Part shown: positions 26,842 to 37,283 of the stretch, in pieces | Position numbering within the stretch: position 1 is the first letter of the stretch | Layout: every line of letters begins with the position of its first letter | Origin: Thermodesulfobacteriota bacterium | Lineage (GTDB): Bacteria; Desulfobacterota; Desulfobacteria; Desulfobacterales; C00003060 | Assembly (NCBI GenBank): GCA_034189385.1 | Contig: JAXHVD010000018.1 | Span: forward strand, 1 to 64,000 | Direction of reading: 5' to 3' | DNA: 64,000 nucleotides | Program-made: the position numbers and the translations under genes | Notes under the pieces: model-generated | Told to the model about the DNA's origin: nothing | Seen by the model: the letters and a program-made list of their open reading frames with translations, nothing else | The model's database searches: none

Positions 26842-26917
26842 TGGTGCGCCCAGCAAGATTCGAACTTGCGGCCTACGGATTCGTAGTCCGGCGCTCTATC
26901 CACTGAGCTATGGGCGC
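26842..26917 (-). tRNA. tRNA-Arg(ACG)
   Basis: GCGCCCA acceptor stem, anticodon arm CCGGA-CTACGAA-TCCG, GTTCGAAT T-loop, encoded CCA. Confidence 0.97.
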
Positions 26918-26936
26918 ACGATTCTGTTTCACACAT

Positions 26937-26965
26937 CTTATAGTGTCTTTGGCTTGTGCTGTCAA
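26937..26965 (-). promoter_or_regulatory. Putative sigma70 promoter of tRNA-Arg
   Basis: Minus strand TTGACA-17bp-TATAAG. Confidence 0.55.
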
Positions 26966-26996
26966 GAAAGTCGCCGCTGTATCTTAGGTACCCACA

Positions 26997-27488
26997 TTGA
27001 CCCACGAAGCATTCATGGAAGAGGCGATTCTGGAGGCAAAGAGGGCTGCCGCCGAGGGGGAGGTACCCGTGGGGGCCTTACTTGTCTCCGGCCAAGGCAT
27101 GGTGTTGGCCAAGGCCCACAACCAAACGATTACCCTGTCTGACCCCACGGCCCATGCCGAGGTCCTGGCCCTGCGATCGGCAGGGAAGACCCTGGGCAAC
27201 TACCGCCTCGTCAATACCATCCTCTATGTGACCATGGAACCTTGTGTCATGTGCATGGGCGCCTTGCTCCATGCAAGGATTGCCAAGCTCGTCTTCGGGG
27301 CCAAGGACCCTAAATGGGGCGCTGCCGGCTCCCTCTACGACCTTTCTTCCGATCCCCGGTTGAACCACAAGATGGACGTGCAGGGCGGCATCCTTGAAAA
27401 GGCATGCAGAGAACTGATCCAGGCGTTCTTCAAGGAGAAACGTCTGGTCAGCAGCGTACAGAGCCCGTCCTCAAGGTCTTCTTATTGA
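26997..27488 (+). CDS. tadA: tRNA adenosine(34) deaminase
   Basis: GEVPVGA, DPTAHAE, EPCVMC, DPKWGAAGS. Confidence 0.95.
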   Translation: MTHEAFMEEAILEAKRAAAEGEVPVGALLVSGQGMVLAKAHNQTITLSDPTAHAEVLALRSAGKTLGNYRLVNTILYVTMEPCVMCMGALLHARIAKLVFGAKDPKWGAAGSLYDLSSDPRLNHKMDVQGGILEKACRELIQAFFKEKRLVSSVQSPSSRSSY

Positions 27489-27598
27489 CAACCCGCCCCC
27501 CCTCTGGTAGGGAAACCAGGGTTCTGTCCCTACCTTGTGCCCATCCACCCATGCAGTGGAATAAGCCGGGCACTGGCAAGTCTTTCCAATTCAGATGA

Positions 27599-28921
<1,323 letters not shown>

Positions 28922-28932
28922 GGGCTTGGCCT

Positions 28933-29077
28933 GGTGGCTTCGTAAAAAGTCAGAAAATCGACTTTTCCCTCATACAGGCGGCAGCCGGCATCCAGTTTAT
29001 TCAGATAGTTATAGAAGCTATGTGCCCCGGACTCCGATCCGGGGTTCACTGCGGTGACGATTCTTGACGAAACCGTG
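28933..29077. repeat. MITE/REP-like intergenic element
   Basis: Degenerate terminal IRs (GTGGCTTCGTAAAAAG / TTCTTGACGAAACCGT) and internal palindrome CCCCGGA-CTCCGA-TCCGGGG. Confidence 0.5.
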
Positions 29078-29122
29078 AAGATTGACAAATCTAAAGAAGT
29101 GGCTTAAAAAATAAGAATCGGT

Positions 29123-29199
29123 CGGGACGTGGCTCAGTCTGGTAGAGCACAGCGTTCGGGACGCTGGGGTCGCTGGTTCAAATCCAGTCGTCCCGACCA
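29123..29199 (+). tRNA. tRNA-Pro(CGG)
   Basis: CGGGACG acceptor stem, CAGCG-TTCGGGA-CGCTG anticodon arm, GTTCAAAT, encoded CCA. Confidence 0.97.
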
Positions 29200-29229
29200 A
29201 CTTCTTCTTTCCGCCCTCAACCCTATACC

Positions 29230-29586
29230 CTACCTCCCCATCTTCTCCGCGCACTGAACGCAAAGGACACTTTCCGGAAGGACCACGAGCCTTTTGAAGG
29301 GGATGGGTTCTTCACACTGTATGCACAATCCAAAATCCGGATCATCTATCATATGCAAAGCACGTTCCAGCCTTGACAGGGTATGCTCTGCCTTTCGCAA
29401 TGCCGCCTCATGAATACCTTTGTTGCTTATGGCCTCCATGCGGGTAAGCCGCCCTATGGCGTTGTCCGGTGCCACGGGCCTGGTCAGCTCTTTATAAGAT
29501 ACAATATCCTTTTTCAGGACACCAATCTTATCCCTCATATGCTCCCTGAGCTTTTCTCGTTGCTCTCTTGTCATGGCTTTCATCAT
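29230..29586 (-). CDS. TraR/DksA C4-type zinc finger protein
   Basis: Coiled coil plus FGLCIQCEEPIPFKRL...CVQC. Confidence 0.9.
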   Translation of the reverse strand: MMKAMTREQREKLREHMRDKIGVLKKDIVSYKELTRPVAPDNAIGRLTRMEAISNKGIHEAALRKAEHTLSRLERALHMIDDPDFGLCIQCEEPIPFKRLVVLPESVLCVQCAEKMGR

Positions 29587-29605
29587 AGCACCTTTGGCAG
29601 AATGG

Positions 29606-30571
29606 TCACAGGCCCCAAAGGCTCTTCAGTCTCTCGGAATGGGCCACAAGCAGTCTCATGTAAAGGGCCTCAAGGTCGATCATGTCTTGGTCCTGGTTCC
29701 GAAGCCACTCAGACATCCACGCAAAGCGCATGGCCACCACGAACTCACACAAGTGCTCCCAGCTCAAATCGGATATCATGCCTGCCCCTCTCAATTGCCT
29801 GACAAGCTCCTTGACCAGGTCCCCTGACAGACCTCCAGGGTCCTCCATGCCGCTACAGCCGATGAGATTGGCTATATCGTATATCTCAGGCTTGTATCCC
29901 GAAAACTCCCAATCAATCACTGCATGGATACTATCTGAGGACCATATCACATTAAGCGGATGATAATCCCCATGACAAAAGGCCACGGGCAGCCTGTCGT
30001 GAACGGCCATGAACCTTTTTTCAAGGAAGGCCACCACAGGAACCATTTCTTTGAACAACTCGGGCTTGTGCCTTTTGATTTGAGACATGAGTCCGTAAAT
30101 ATAGCCCTTTATAGAAAAGGGTTCCAACGGGCTAAAGCCCGGAACATCCCTGGCTTTTTCTCTTAGGTCAATCAGGAAACCAGCCAGGACGCTGCCGCGC
30201 CAATTGTCAAAGACATACCCTGGCCTGTCCAGGGGGGCGCCTTCAATGTAGGGCGCAAGCTGCCAGAAGCGATCATCACAGTTTACAATGCAGCCCTTGT
30301 TCTTCGTGCAAAGGTACGGCCGTATTGCCGGTGTGCCCTGCCGGGAAAGATAATCAAGAAGACCTATGATCCTGTGCTTGTGGCCAACATGGTCTTTGAA
30401 GAGGCTTTCAAGGACATAGAGCCGGTTGTCATGGCAGTGAACAACAAACCTCAGCTCGTACCGCTCCGGACTCCCTGCCATGGGCATGTCTTCTCGAATC
30501 TCTTTGACCTGGAGATTCCAATGCCTCGCTGCTCTTCTTACGGATGCGTCGATTTGCACCTGCTCAACCAT
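29606..30571 (-). CDS. Aminoglycoside phosphotransferase / type II homoserine kinase-like protein
   Basis: CHGDYHPLN and VIDWEF motifs. Confidence 0.85.
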   Translation of the reverse strand: MVEQVQIDASVRRAARHWNLQVKEIREDMPMAGSPERYELRFVVHCHDNRLYVLESLFKDHVGHKHRIIGLLDYLSRQGTPAIRPYLCTKNKGCIVNCDDRFWQLAPYIEGAPLDRPGYVFDNWRGSVLAGFLIDLREKARDVPGFSPLEPFSIKGYIYGLMSQIKRHKPELFKEMVPVVAFLEKRFMAVHDRLPVAFCHGDYHPLNVIWSSDSIHAVIDWEFSGYKPEIYDIANLIGCSGMEDPGGLSGDLVKELVRQLRGAGMISDLSWEHLCEFVVAMRFAWMSEWLRNQDQDMIDLEALYMRLLVAHSERLKSLWGL

Positions 30572-30706
30572 ATTCTGGCTTGGGCTGTTTCACGATATTT
30601 TATGGCAAATGGTTCGTCACTCATGATGATGAAGCAGGGTAAAACCAAAGAAGGCAGGTCGAAACGTCCCTGCCTTCTATCAGTTCCCCTTTGGTTCAGT
30701 CAATTC

Positions 30707-33700
30707 TTAGTCATAGGTGCCCAATTGACAGCATCTGATCGCCGGCCATTCAACAAACCGCCCTAATCCCAGGTTGCCCCAGTTCCACTTTCTTGTCCAA
30801 TCAACATCATCATTGCCGATATTCATGCCTACACTGAGCTTGACAGCGGCTCCATCTCCCTCCAGAAGCCCACTCGTTTCCAGGCCCCGGATATGGATTC
30901 GGCACCAGCATGTGCGAAAGTCGAGGTAGGCATGAACAAACCCCACATTCGGGATATGTCCTTTGAAGCGAAACCGTGCGGAACGGTTTTGCACAAAGGA
31001 TCCTTTGGGGATGGTCACTGCCTGACTATCGATCGTCACAGTGACGACGTCCTGTTCCGGATCAAAGGGCATGGCGTCATAGGCCAACTTCAGACTGCCT
31101 TGAATCTCGATCCTGTCTTGTTTTGCGCCCCGCCTTTTCCTATCTGTCACCCTCATGCGGTTCACCTCAAAGCATTCCATCTCTGAGGCAACGGAGATCA
31201 CAACCGTCTCCCGGGTTACGTTGTCATCACTATCAAAGACGGTCAGGGTCACTTCATGGAGTCCCCCGGGCAGCCTGGCATGCACGTTTCTACCCTGTCC
31301 AAAGACTGTTGAGCCATATGACCAGGCAAAGGATGTGTCGGCGATGAACTCATCTTCCAGGTCATGGCCATCTCCCTCGAATGCGATCACCTCGCCTGAA
31401 GAGAAATGGCTGTTGGGACTTGGCCCAATGATGAATGCCTTTGGCGGTTTTCCCGGCACCATGAATCTCCCGTCAGAATCGGCTTCGCCCGTGTTGAAGC
31501 CGTCAGTCACAATGACCCGAATCTTTCCCTTATCTCCTCCAGGCAGCATGGCTGTGTTCACTTCATAGGATTCCCCTTGGACGAGCCACGCCACAGGAAA
31601 CCAGGAGTTGCCGTCATCGGGAGAATACAAGATGGTGAAGCTCAACAAAGCCTCCTCGTCTTGATCTTCAGCTCTCCATTCGATTGTCTCAAGCCCTTGC
31701 CAGTATTCGCCACCCTTCGGGGCCACCACGATGACGGACGGAGGGTTCTCAGACACCACGATGTCATCTAGGATCTCCTCCTCTTGATGGACTGTCCTCT
31801 TCAGGACGATCTTCGATATCTTTATCTCATCCGGGAGCTGTTCTGACTGGGATGGGAGTTGTATTGGCGATAGTGGCAGGGGGAGCTGGAAGTTGAAACC
31901 GATCCTTTCAACCTCTTCCCCTTGACGGCTGCTGAGGACCGCCGAAAAGCGCCTGGTCAGCAGGGGGGATCCGTTAGGGTCCTGAACTTCTACGGCATAC
32001 TCGCCGCCGGGGGCCATCTCTTCTGTTGGAAAACCATCTTGAATGAACGCAGGGTGTAAGATGCCTCCGTCTAACCCTATCTCCCCTGAAACGTATATGA
32101 CGGTCATGGGCTCGAGGGCGTATGGTGGATCGGGGGTAAAGAAGTCGAACAGGCTTTCCCACCTGTAGGGAGATATCCAGCTTCCGGGATATATGTCCAC
32201 CTCCTCATCGTCCACCACCATTTTGGAATCACAGTATGACATGAAGTCCGGACACGTGTCTGGAACCACCGTAAAGCGTCTCTCTTCAAAATCCTCGGGA
32301 TAGCCACCGGGGTCCAACATCCGTCCAAGTCCATCTACCCAAGGGAGACGGGTATCAAAGCCGTATTCGTGGATATGATCGTCCATCCACGGCCAGTCAG
32401 GATCCGGCGAGTCTCCACCACAGCCCCAACCATTGTTCTCATAATCCTCGCAGTCTCCCGCGCCCCCCTCACAGGCTGGGAGTCCAAGCCTTGCGCAGTC
32501 TGCCACGGCATCACCATTGAGACTATTTCGATCATCGGCCTTGCAAGGGCACCCGTGCCAGGTGCAGGGATCCGGGTTCCCCACATGGCGACCCCACGTT
32601 GCCAGTGTCCAATCTGAAGCCCTGTCCAGGTTGTGATTGATCTCGTGGGCTATAGCATGCTCGTTATACCAGTCGTGTTCTACCCCCAAAATGCCGGGGG
32701 TAAAACGGACATTTCCCACTGACACGAGTCCACGCCCCGGCTCATACGGACTCCACGTGGGATCAGAACGTCCTCCTCCTTCATATACCACGCCATACAT
32801 CTGATCTGGGGGCGTCTTGCCCTTGAGAGCCCAAGACAGCAACAGATTATCGTAGTAGAGGTTCAGCTGTAAAATGGCGTTTGCCTTAATGCAGCTACCG
32901 TCCTCGCAGAGGCGCACGAGGGGTGTGAACTCTGGGTTGAGCCTCACGAACCTTATGTCCGGTACGGGATAGACGGCCTTCAAGTAGCTTTCCTGCCGGG
33001 CTATATCTATATCCATGGGCAACGTCTCCCCATATGGCTCTGGCAACGCTACGCGTAACGGCACGGTCCAATAGAGCGGGATGTCCCTGGTCTCAAAGGC
33101 GAGGGTAAATGGGGTCGACATGTCCTGACGACGATCAAACAGGTCATAGACGTGGCTGTGGAATCGCACAGTGCCTTCTGTCCAGCCCCGTGGTAGGCGC
33201 AAGTTTGCCGTATGAGACAGCCTCCCCCTTTCAACGGCCGCAGGAGACACATGGAGCATAGACAATGGTGAGCCCGGCAGATCATCGCCATCTCTGGTTC
33301 CGTAAAGATAGACGATGGCCGGTTGGGGAGAGTCGATACCGTCGACTTCAACATAGACCCTTGACGCTGTGGTCTTGCCTTCCACCAGGGGCAAGGTGTT
33401 GAGTCTGTCCTGAACGGCCTGGGTCACCTCTACGCCGTACGCGGTGATGAGCCCTCCAGATTTTTCTTCGTCAAAGCGCAAGGACGCAGCTGGATCAGCT
33501 TCGGGGATATCATCACGAATCTCTTCTGGTACAGATGCCAGCCGAATCTCTATGAGGTCTGAGAAGTCCGTATCAAAGTCTTCCGGGACATTTTCTGTAA
33601 AATCGGGCGTCTCAGAGACAAGCCGCAGGCCCATTCTGACGAGTCCTCCAGGCGCTGCCCCTATCTCACTGAGGTCTATGGCGAACTCCCAGACTCGATG

Positions 33701-34285
33701 TTCGTTGCACACGGGCGCGAGACCGGAGTCTGGAATATATATCACCTTGGTGCCATCCCAGAAGAAGCAACCGAAACCGGCACCAAGACTTGATCGAATA
33801 GGGCCTGGGACGAGGGGCGTCAATACCGCAGGGTCCGCGTAGTGGGCATAGCGCATGTTATGGGTCCCGGGGACTTGAGAGTAGTTCAGGTCCACTCCCT
33901 CTGTGATGACGCCGTCTCCATTCACGTCGAAGGTCAGCCAGAAGTCGTCGCCTGGGTCATCTCCTGTGTCGTCGAGGACGTCCACCAGAATATAGAGCCT
34001 CGTTGCGTCGTTACATACGGAGATGAAGCCGTGATCCAAGGCATACCTGGTCTCGCTTCTCATGTCCCATTCAAACCATCCCAGAGATCCATCAATATGC
34101 GGGGGCCAGTACGTCCTGTAGGGTGAGAACACGTCAGGAACCACCGGTCCAGGTGGTGGTCCCGGCAGTGGCGGTTGCCCGAAGGCAACCCCGTCGTTTG
34201 GAATCAAGGGAGTCGCCACCAAACCCGTCCCAAGGATGATCAAGGTGGCCTGTAGCATGAGCTTCATCATTTGAAAAGCCTTCAT
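30707..34285 (-). CDS. Large secreted multidomain protein with putative zinc metallopeptidase domain
   Basis: Signal peptide, Pro-rich linker, DOMON/CBM9-like N-domain (HIDG...W, NDATRLYI), HEINH, Met-turn-like DFMSYC...WISPY, Ig/PKD-like C-terminal modules. Confidence 0.7.
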   Translation of the reverse strand: MKAFQMMKLMLQATLIILGTGLVATPLIPNDGVAFGQPPLPGPPPGPVVPDVFSPYRTYWPPHIDGSLGWFEWDMRSETRYALDHGFISVCNDATRLYILVDVLDDTGDDPGDDFWLTFDVNGDGVITEGVDLNYSQVPGTHNMRYAHYADPAVLTPLVPGPIRSSLGAGFGCFFWDGTKVIYIPDSGLAPVCNEHRVWEFAIDLSEIGAAPGGLVRMGLRLVSETPDFTENVPEDFDTDFSDLIEIRLASVPEEIRDDIPEADPAASLRFDEEKSGGLITAYGVEVTQAVQDRLNTLPLVEGKTTASRVYVEVDGIDSPQPAIVYLYGTRDGDDLPGSPLSMLHVSPAAVERGRLSHTANLRLPRGWTEGTVRFHSHVYDLFDRRQDMSTPFTLAFETRDIPLYWTVPLRVALPEPYGETLPMDIDIARQESYLKAVYPVPDIRFVRLNPEFTPLVRLCEDGSCIKANAILQLNLYYDNLLLSWALKGKTPPDQMYGVVYEGGGRSDPTWSPYEPGRGLVSVGNVRFTPGILGVEHDWYNEHAIAHEINHNLDRASDWTLATWGRHVGNPDPCTWHGCPCKADDRNSLNGDAVADCARLGLPACEGGAGDCEDYENNGWGCGGDSPDPDWPWMDDHIHEYGFDTRLPWVDGLGRMLDPGGYPEDFEERRFTVVPDTCPDFMSYCDSKMVVDDEEVDIYPGSWISPYRWESLFDFFTPDPPYALEPMTVIYVSGEIGLDGGILHPAFIQDGFPTEEMAPGGEYAVEVQDPNGSPLLTRRFSAVLSSRQGEEVERIGFNFQLPLPLSPIQLPSQSEQLPDEIKISKIVLKRTVHQEEEILDDIVVSENPPSVIVVAPKGGEYWQGLETIEWRAEDQDEEALLSFTILYSPDDGNSWFPVAWLVQGESYEVNTAMLPGGDKGKIRVIVTDGFNTGEADSDGRFMVPGKPPKAFIIGPSPNSHFSSGEVIAFEGDGHDLEDEFIADTSFAWSYGSTVFGQGRNVHARLPGGLHEVTLTVFDSDDNVTRETVVISVASEMECFEVNRMRVTDRKRRGAKQDRIEIQGSLKLAYDAMPFDPEQDVVTVTIDSQAVTIPKGSFVQNRSARFRFKGHIPNVGFVHAYLDFRTCWCRIHIRGLETSGLLEGDGAAVKLSVGMNIGNDDVDWTRKWNWGNLGLGRFVEWPAIRCCQLGTYD

Positions 34286-34916
34286 GGTTTGCCTCCCTCC
34301 TTTGCGTAGGAGCCATGGAAACCGGATAGAACAGCGCCTTTCTGATGACCACAACCCCCGCCGTGAAAAGAATGGGGCGCCTTTTTTGTGAAAAGCCGAC
34401 GGTGCTCTTTGTGACCCCCGCAGGCCCCACGATAGTCATCTATCAAGGCCATCCCAACAGAGTGCGGCCATGGGGAACTCACGGTGGTGTTTAAGATTTC
34501 GTTGAAGTTGAAGTGTAGGTGAGGGCAGAATCAGCGCAATGTGAAGATAAGAAACACTTCCCGTATTTTGCCGATAACACAACGCAAAGAGGAAGTCAAT
34601 CCGAAAGGAGACGGTTTTGTAAGGCAACACTACACAGTTGATCGGCCATCCACCCTGGTGGAGCCACTTGTTTCTATTCTAAAAAATGCTTTGCCAAAGA
34701 ATACCACTAGGAGATAACCCTCTTCAATCAGGGCTTCATACGCTCACCAAAACTCAGGCAGAGGATATCAAGGCTGTCTGTGCATGCCTTGGCAATCTTC
34801 AAGGTACGGGGTGTTTCAGCCAGGCGGTAGGCCGCAGGAAAGAAGATAAGGGCTTTCATGATGACGCTTCCTAATCGGCCCTCCCATATATTGTTCTGCC
34901 ATGTGAGCGGCTTCAG

Positions 34917-35165
34917 CTACTCCACGGAAATGACAATCCTCTCCTTTTTCTTATGTTCCTCAACCTCGACCAGAGTGCCGTGGACATCCGGCTGCTGAGA
35001 CAGTTCAATAATCTCCTTTACATCAATGCCCTTTTCCTCCAAGAAAACGGCAGCCTTCTTAGGCACGAGCCTGGACGCGAGTTTCAAAATCCCCCCAGGG
35101 ACCGTAATGGTCTTTTCTGGCTTCTTCTCTTTGCCTTTGTATATCCTGATTTTCAGATCCGCCAT
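34917..35165 (-). CDS. Small hypothetical protein
   Basis: AAGGAG RBS; MADLKIRIYK...ERIVISVE looks like a genuine protein. Confidence 0.7.
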   Translation of the reverse strand: MADLKIRIYKGKEKKPEKTITVPGGILKLASRLVPKKAAVFLEEKGIDVKEIIELSQQPDVHGTLVEVEEHKKKERIVISVE

Positions 35166-35195
35166 TCCCAGCTCCTTTCCTTTCTTAGAATCTTC

Positions 35196-35684
35196 CTAGG
35201 TACTCGATCTCAGAATCAGCCTTTCATTGTCCCTCCTGAGTTGGGGGCAACGAGACAAAAGCTCATACATGAATGCCATCTTGTCTTTGGGAGAAATCAG
35301 TGCCCCAAACTTGGCGCCCTTGAACTTGACACGCAGCCGGTCTAATGAACAAGCCGGAGCAGACAGCGGATTGCGGGTCGGAAAAACCTCAACGATGTCA
35401 CAAAGCGGTATGCGAGATTCCCGAGACAGGCACCGAATGATCAACTCTTCTTTCGTCAGGATGTAGCATGTTCCAAAGAGGATCCAGGGGATAACAGCAG
35501 CCATGGCGACAAAAAACAGGCTGCCAAAGATTTTAACTAGGGGATGGACAGGCTCTGAGAAGAGGCTTACCGGAATATATAGAAAAAAGACGGAAGCAGA
35601 AAGAAGAAGAATGAACAGCCACCAGTCTATCTTGGTAGGATAACGCGCGTCAGAAGCATGTGACAGATGATCACGATTACTCAT
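35196..35684 (-). CDS. Membrane protein with bacterial PH domain
   Basis: KIDWW, two TM helices, TCYILT..ELIIR, PLSAPACSLDRL, ISPKDK..F. Confidence 0.8.
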   Translation of the reverse strand: MSNRDHLSHASDARYPTKIDWWLFILLLSASVFFLYIPVSLFSEPVHPLVKIFGSLFFVAMAAVIPWILFGTCYILTKEELIIRCLSRESRIPLCDIVEVFPTRNPLSAPACSLDRLRVKFKGAKFGALISPKDKMAFMYELLSRCPQLRRDNERLILRSST

Positions 35685-35689
35685 GTCAC

Positions 35690-36283
35690 TCAAACCGCAG
35701 GGTCGTGCCGTTGGCATTCCTGCCACGGGTCATTGCTGCCCGGTCCGGCAATGCCCTTGAAAGCGCATAGGGCCCCAATCTCCTTGATAAGCTTAGATCC
35801 CAATTGATTACGATTCCCAATTGTTACTTTTACGCGTTCTACATCAGAACGGCTCTTTAGGCCATCCACAAAAGGATGGGAACGGGACATGACCGTTGCC
35901 AGAACTACCTTTTCCGAATCCAGGCATTCATGCACCACCTCTTTGAATCGCTCAGAGAAGAGTTCCATCTTGCCTATTTCATCAATCAGTATGACACTGG
36001 CTTCCGAAAGCGCCCTTTTTAATCCCTCCACGCCAATCCTCTCAAAACGAGACACATCAACCCGGTACTTGCCTACCCTTGGCCCAGTCTTGGACTTGGT
36101 GTGCGAGAGGGTGCCAGATGCACCGGAAAAGGTTTCAATCCTGAAACCAACCCTTCTGCCTTTCTCCCGAATCTCCTGTGTATAGAACCCTCCAATACCC
36201 AGATGCGAAATACCTTCCGCTATGTGACACAACAGCGTTGTCTTGCCTACGCCCGGTTCTCCCTCAAGCAGAATATTTCTCAT
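35690..36283 (-). CDS. THEP1-like nucleoside triphosphatase
   Basis: GEPGVGKTT, GGFYTQEIRE.GRRVGF, VGKYRVD, IDEIGKMEL. Confidence 0.92.
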   Translation of the reverse strand: MRNILLEGEPGVGKTTLLCHIAEGISHLGIGGFYTQEIREKGRRVGFRIETFSGASGTLSHTKSKTGPRVGKYRVDVSRFERIGVEGLKRALSEASVILIDEIGKMELFSERFKEVVHECLDSEKVVLATVMSRSHPFVDGLKSRSDVERVKVTIGNRNQLGSKLIKEIGALCAFKGIAGPGSNDPWQECQRHDPAV

Positions 36284-36328
36284 GATCCTGTGACATGAAT
36301 CTTTGAGAGGCAGCCCGTTGGCTAAATG

Positions 36329-37135
36329 TCACGATCTTGGCTGATAGTGCCTTCGAAGCCAAGAAGCCAGCCCATCAAGACCTGGGAAGAGCATCCTTTC
36401 TGTGATGTTTGCCTGATCTAGTTTGTCTCTGATTTCCCACTTCAGTTCCTTTGGGATGATAATGCGTCTGTAAAGCCCTGGATGCTTGTCCAGCCAAGCT
36501 TCCAGGCCTGCGTTTGGGCTTGACATGAAAGAAAACAGGGCAAACTGGTTCACGATTCGTGCATCTATGGATGGTGGCTCAAAGAAGGCAACCAGTGTAT
36601 CAGACGTTAATTTGTCAAAACTGCGAATATCGGGCAGTGCTCTTTCCAGCATGCCGACGGTGATGGCATTGGCATTGGCCGCCGTGAGTTGGTTGATCAA
36701 GGGCTCCGGAAGAAGATGATTCGCCGCCACGAAATCGACTTTCCATATGACGCCGTCCACGTCATATTTGTTGGTTTCGCAGGTTGCGTAGTGCATGGCC
36801 ACAAAAGGCGAATAGGTCCAATCAAGCAGTCTCGTCGGCAGGCCGTGATGCTGGGCAAGGGTCATCCATCTCCAGGGGGAGTCACGCATATCCACGTCAT
36901 CGTGCCGTGCGTATTTCCTGAAATTCCGCAGCAGGTGATACTCCAATTGCGTCAAATCCCCGCAATTCCGCTCGAAACTGGTCACCAGCCTGTAATCCTT
37001 ATTCGATAGGCCCCTAAAGGCATAGTTGGATCGAAAGCGTAAGATATCCTCTTGCCATGACCCTTCATAGACCCCTTCGCACAGATCGGACCAAGACTCG
37101 ATGACCACATCATTTTGTTCAATCGACTTCGTCAT
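36329..37135 (-). CDS. FRG domain-containing protein
   Basis: FRG, AQHHGLPTRLLDWT.SP.VA, RI.NQ..LF, LFPGLDG. Confidence 0.92.
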   Translation of the reverse strand: MTKSIEQNDVVIESWSDLCEGVYEGSWQEDILRFRSNYAFRGLSNKDYRLVTSFERNCGDLTQLEYHLLRNFRKYARHDDVDMRDSPWRWMTLAQHHGLPTRLLDWTYSPFVAMHYATCETNKYDVDGVIWKVDFVAANHLLPEPLINQLTAANANAITVGMLERALPDIRSFDKLTSDTLVAFFEPPSIDARIVNQFALFSFMSSPNAGLEAWLDKHPGLYRRIIIPKELKWEIRDKLDQANITERMLFPGLDGLASWLRRHYQPRS

Positions 37136-37283
37136 TTCCTCCTCACCGAACGATGGCCTTCATGGACAGGGGCACCGTGCCACGGCCCAAGCAAGACAAT
37201 CGCATCATTTCATAGACCTCTCCTTGCTATCTGCTTCTTGCACCCGTCCATAACAGGGGGACAAGCAACGAACAAAAAGGGCC

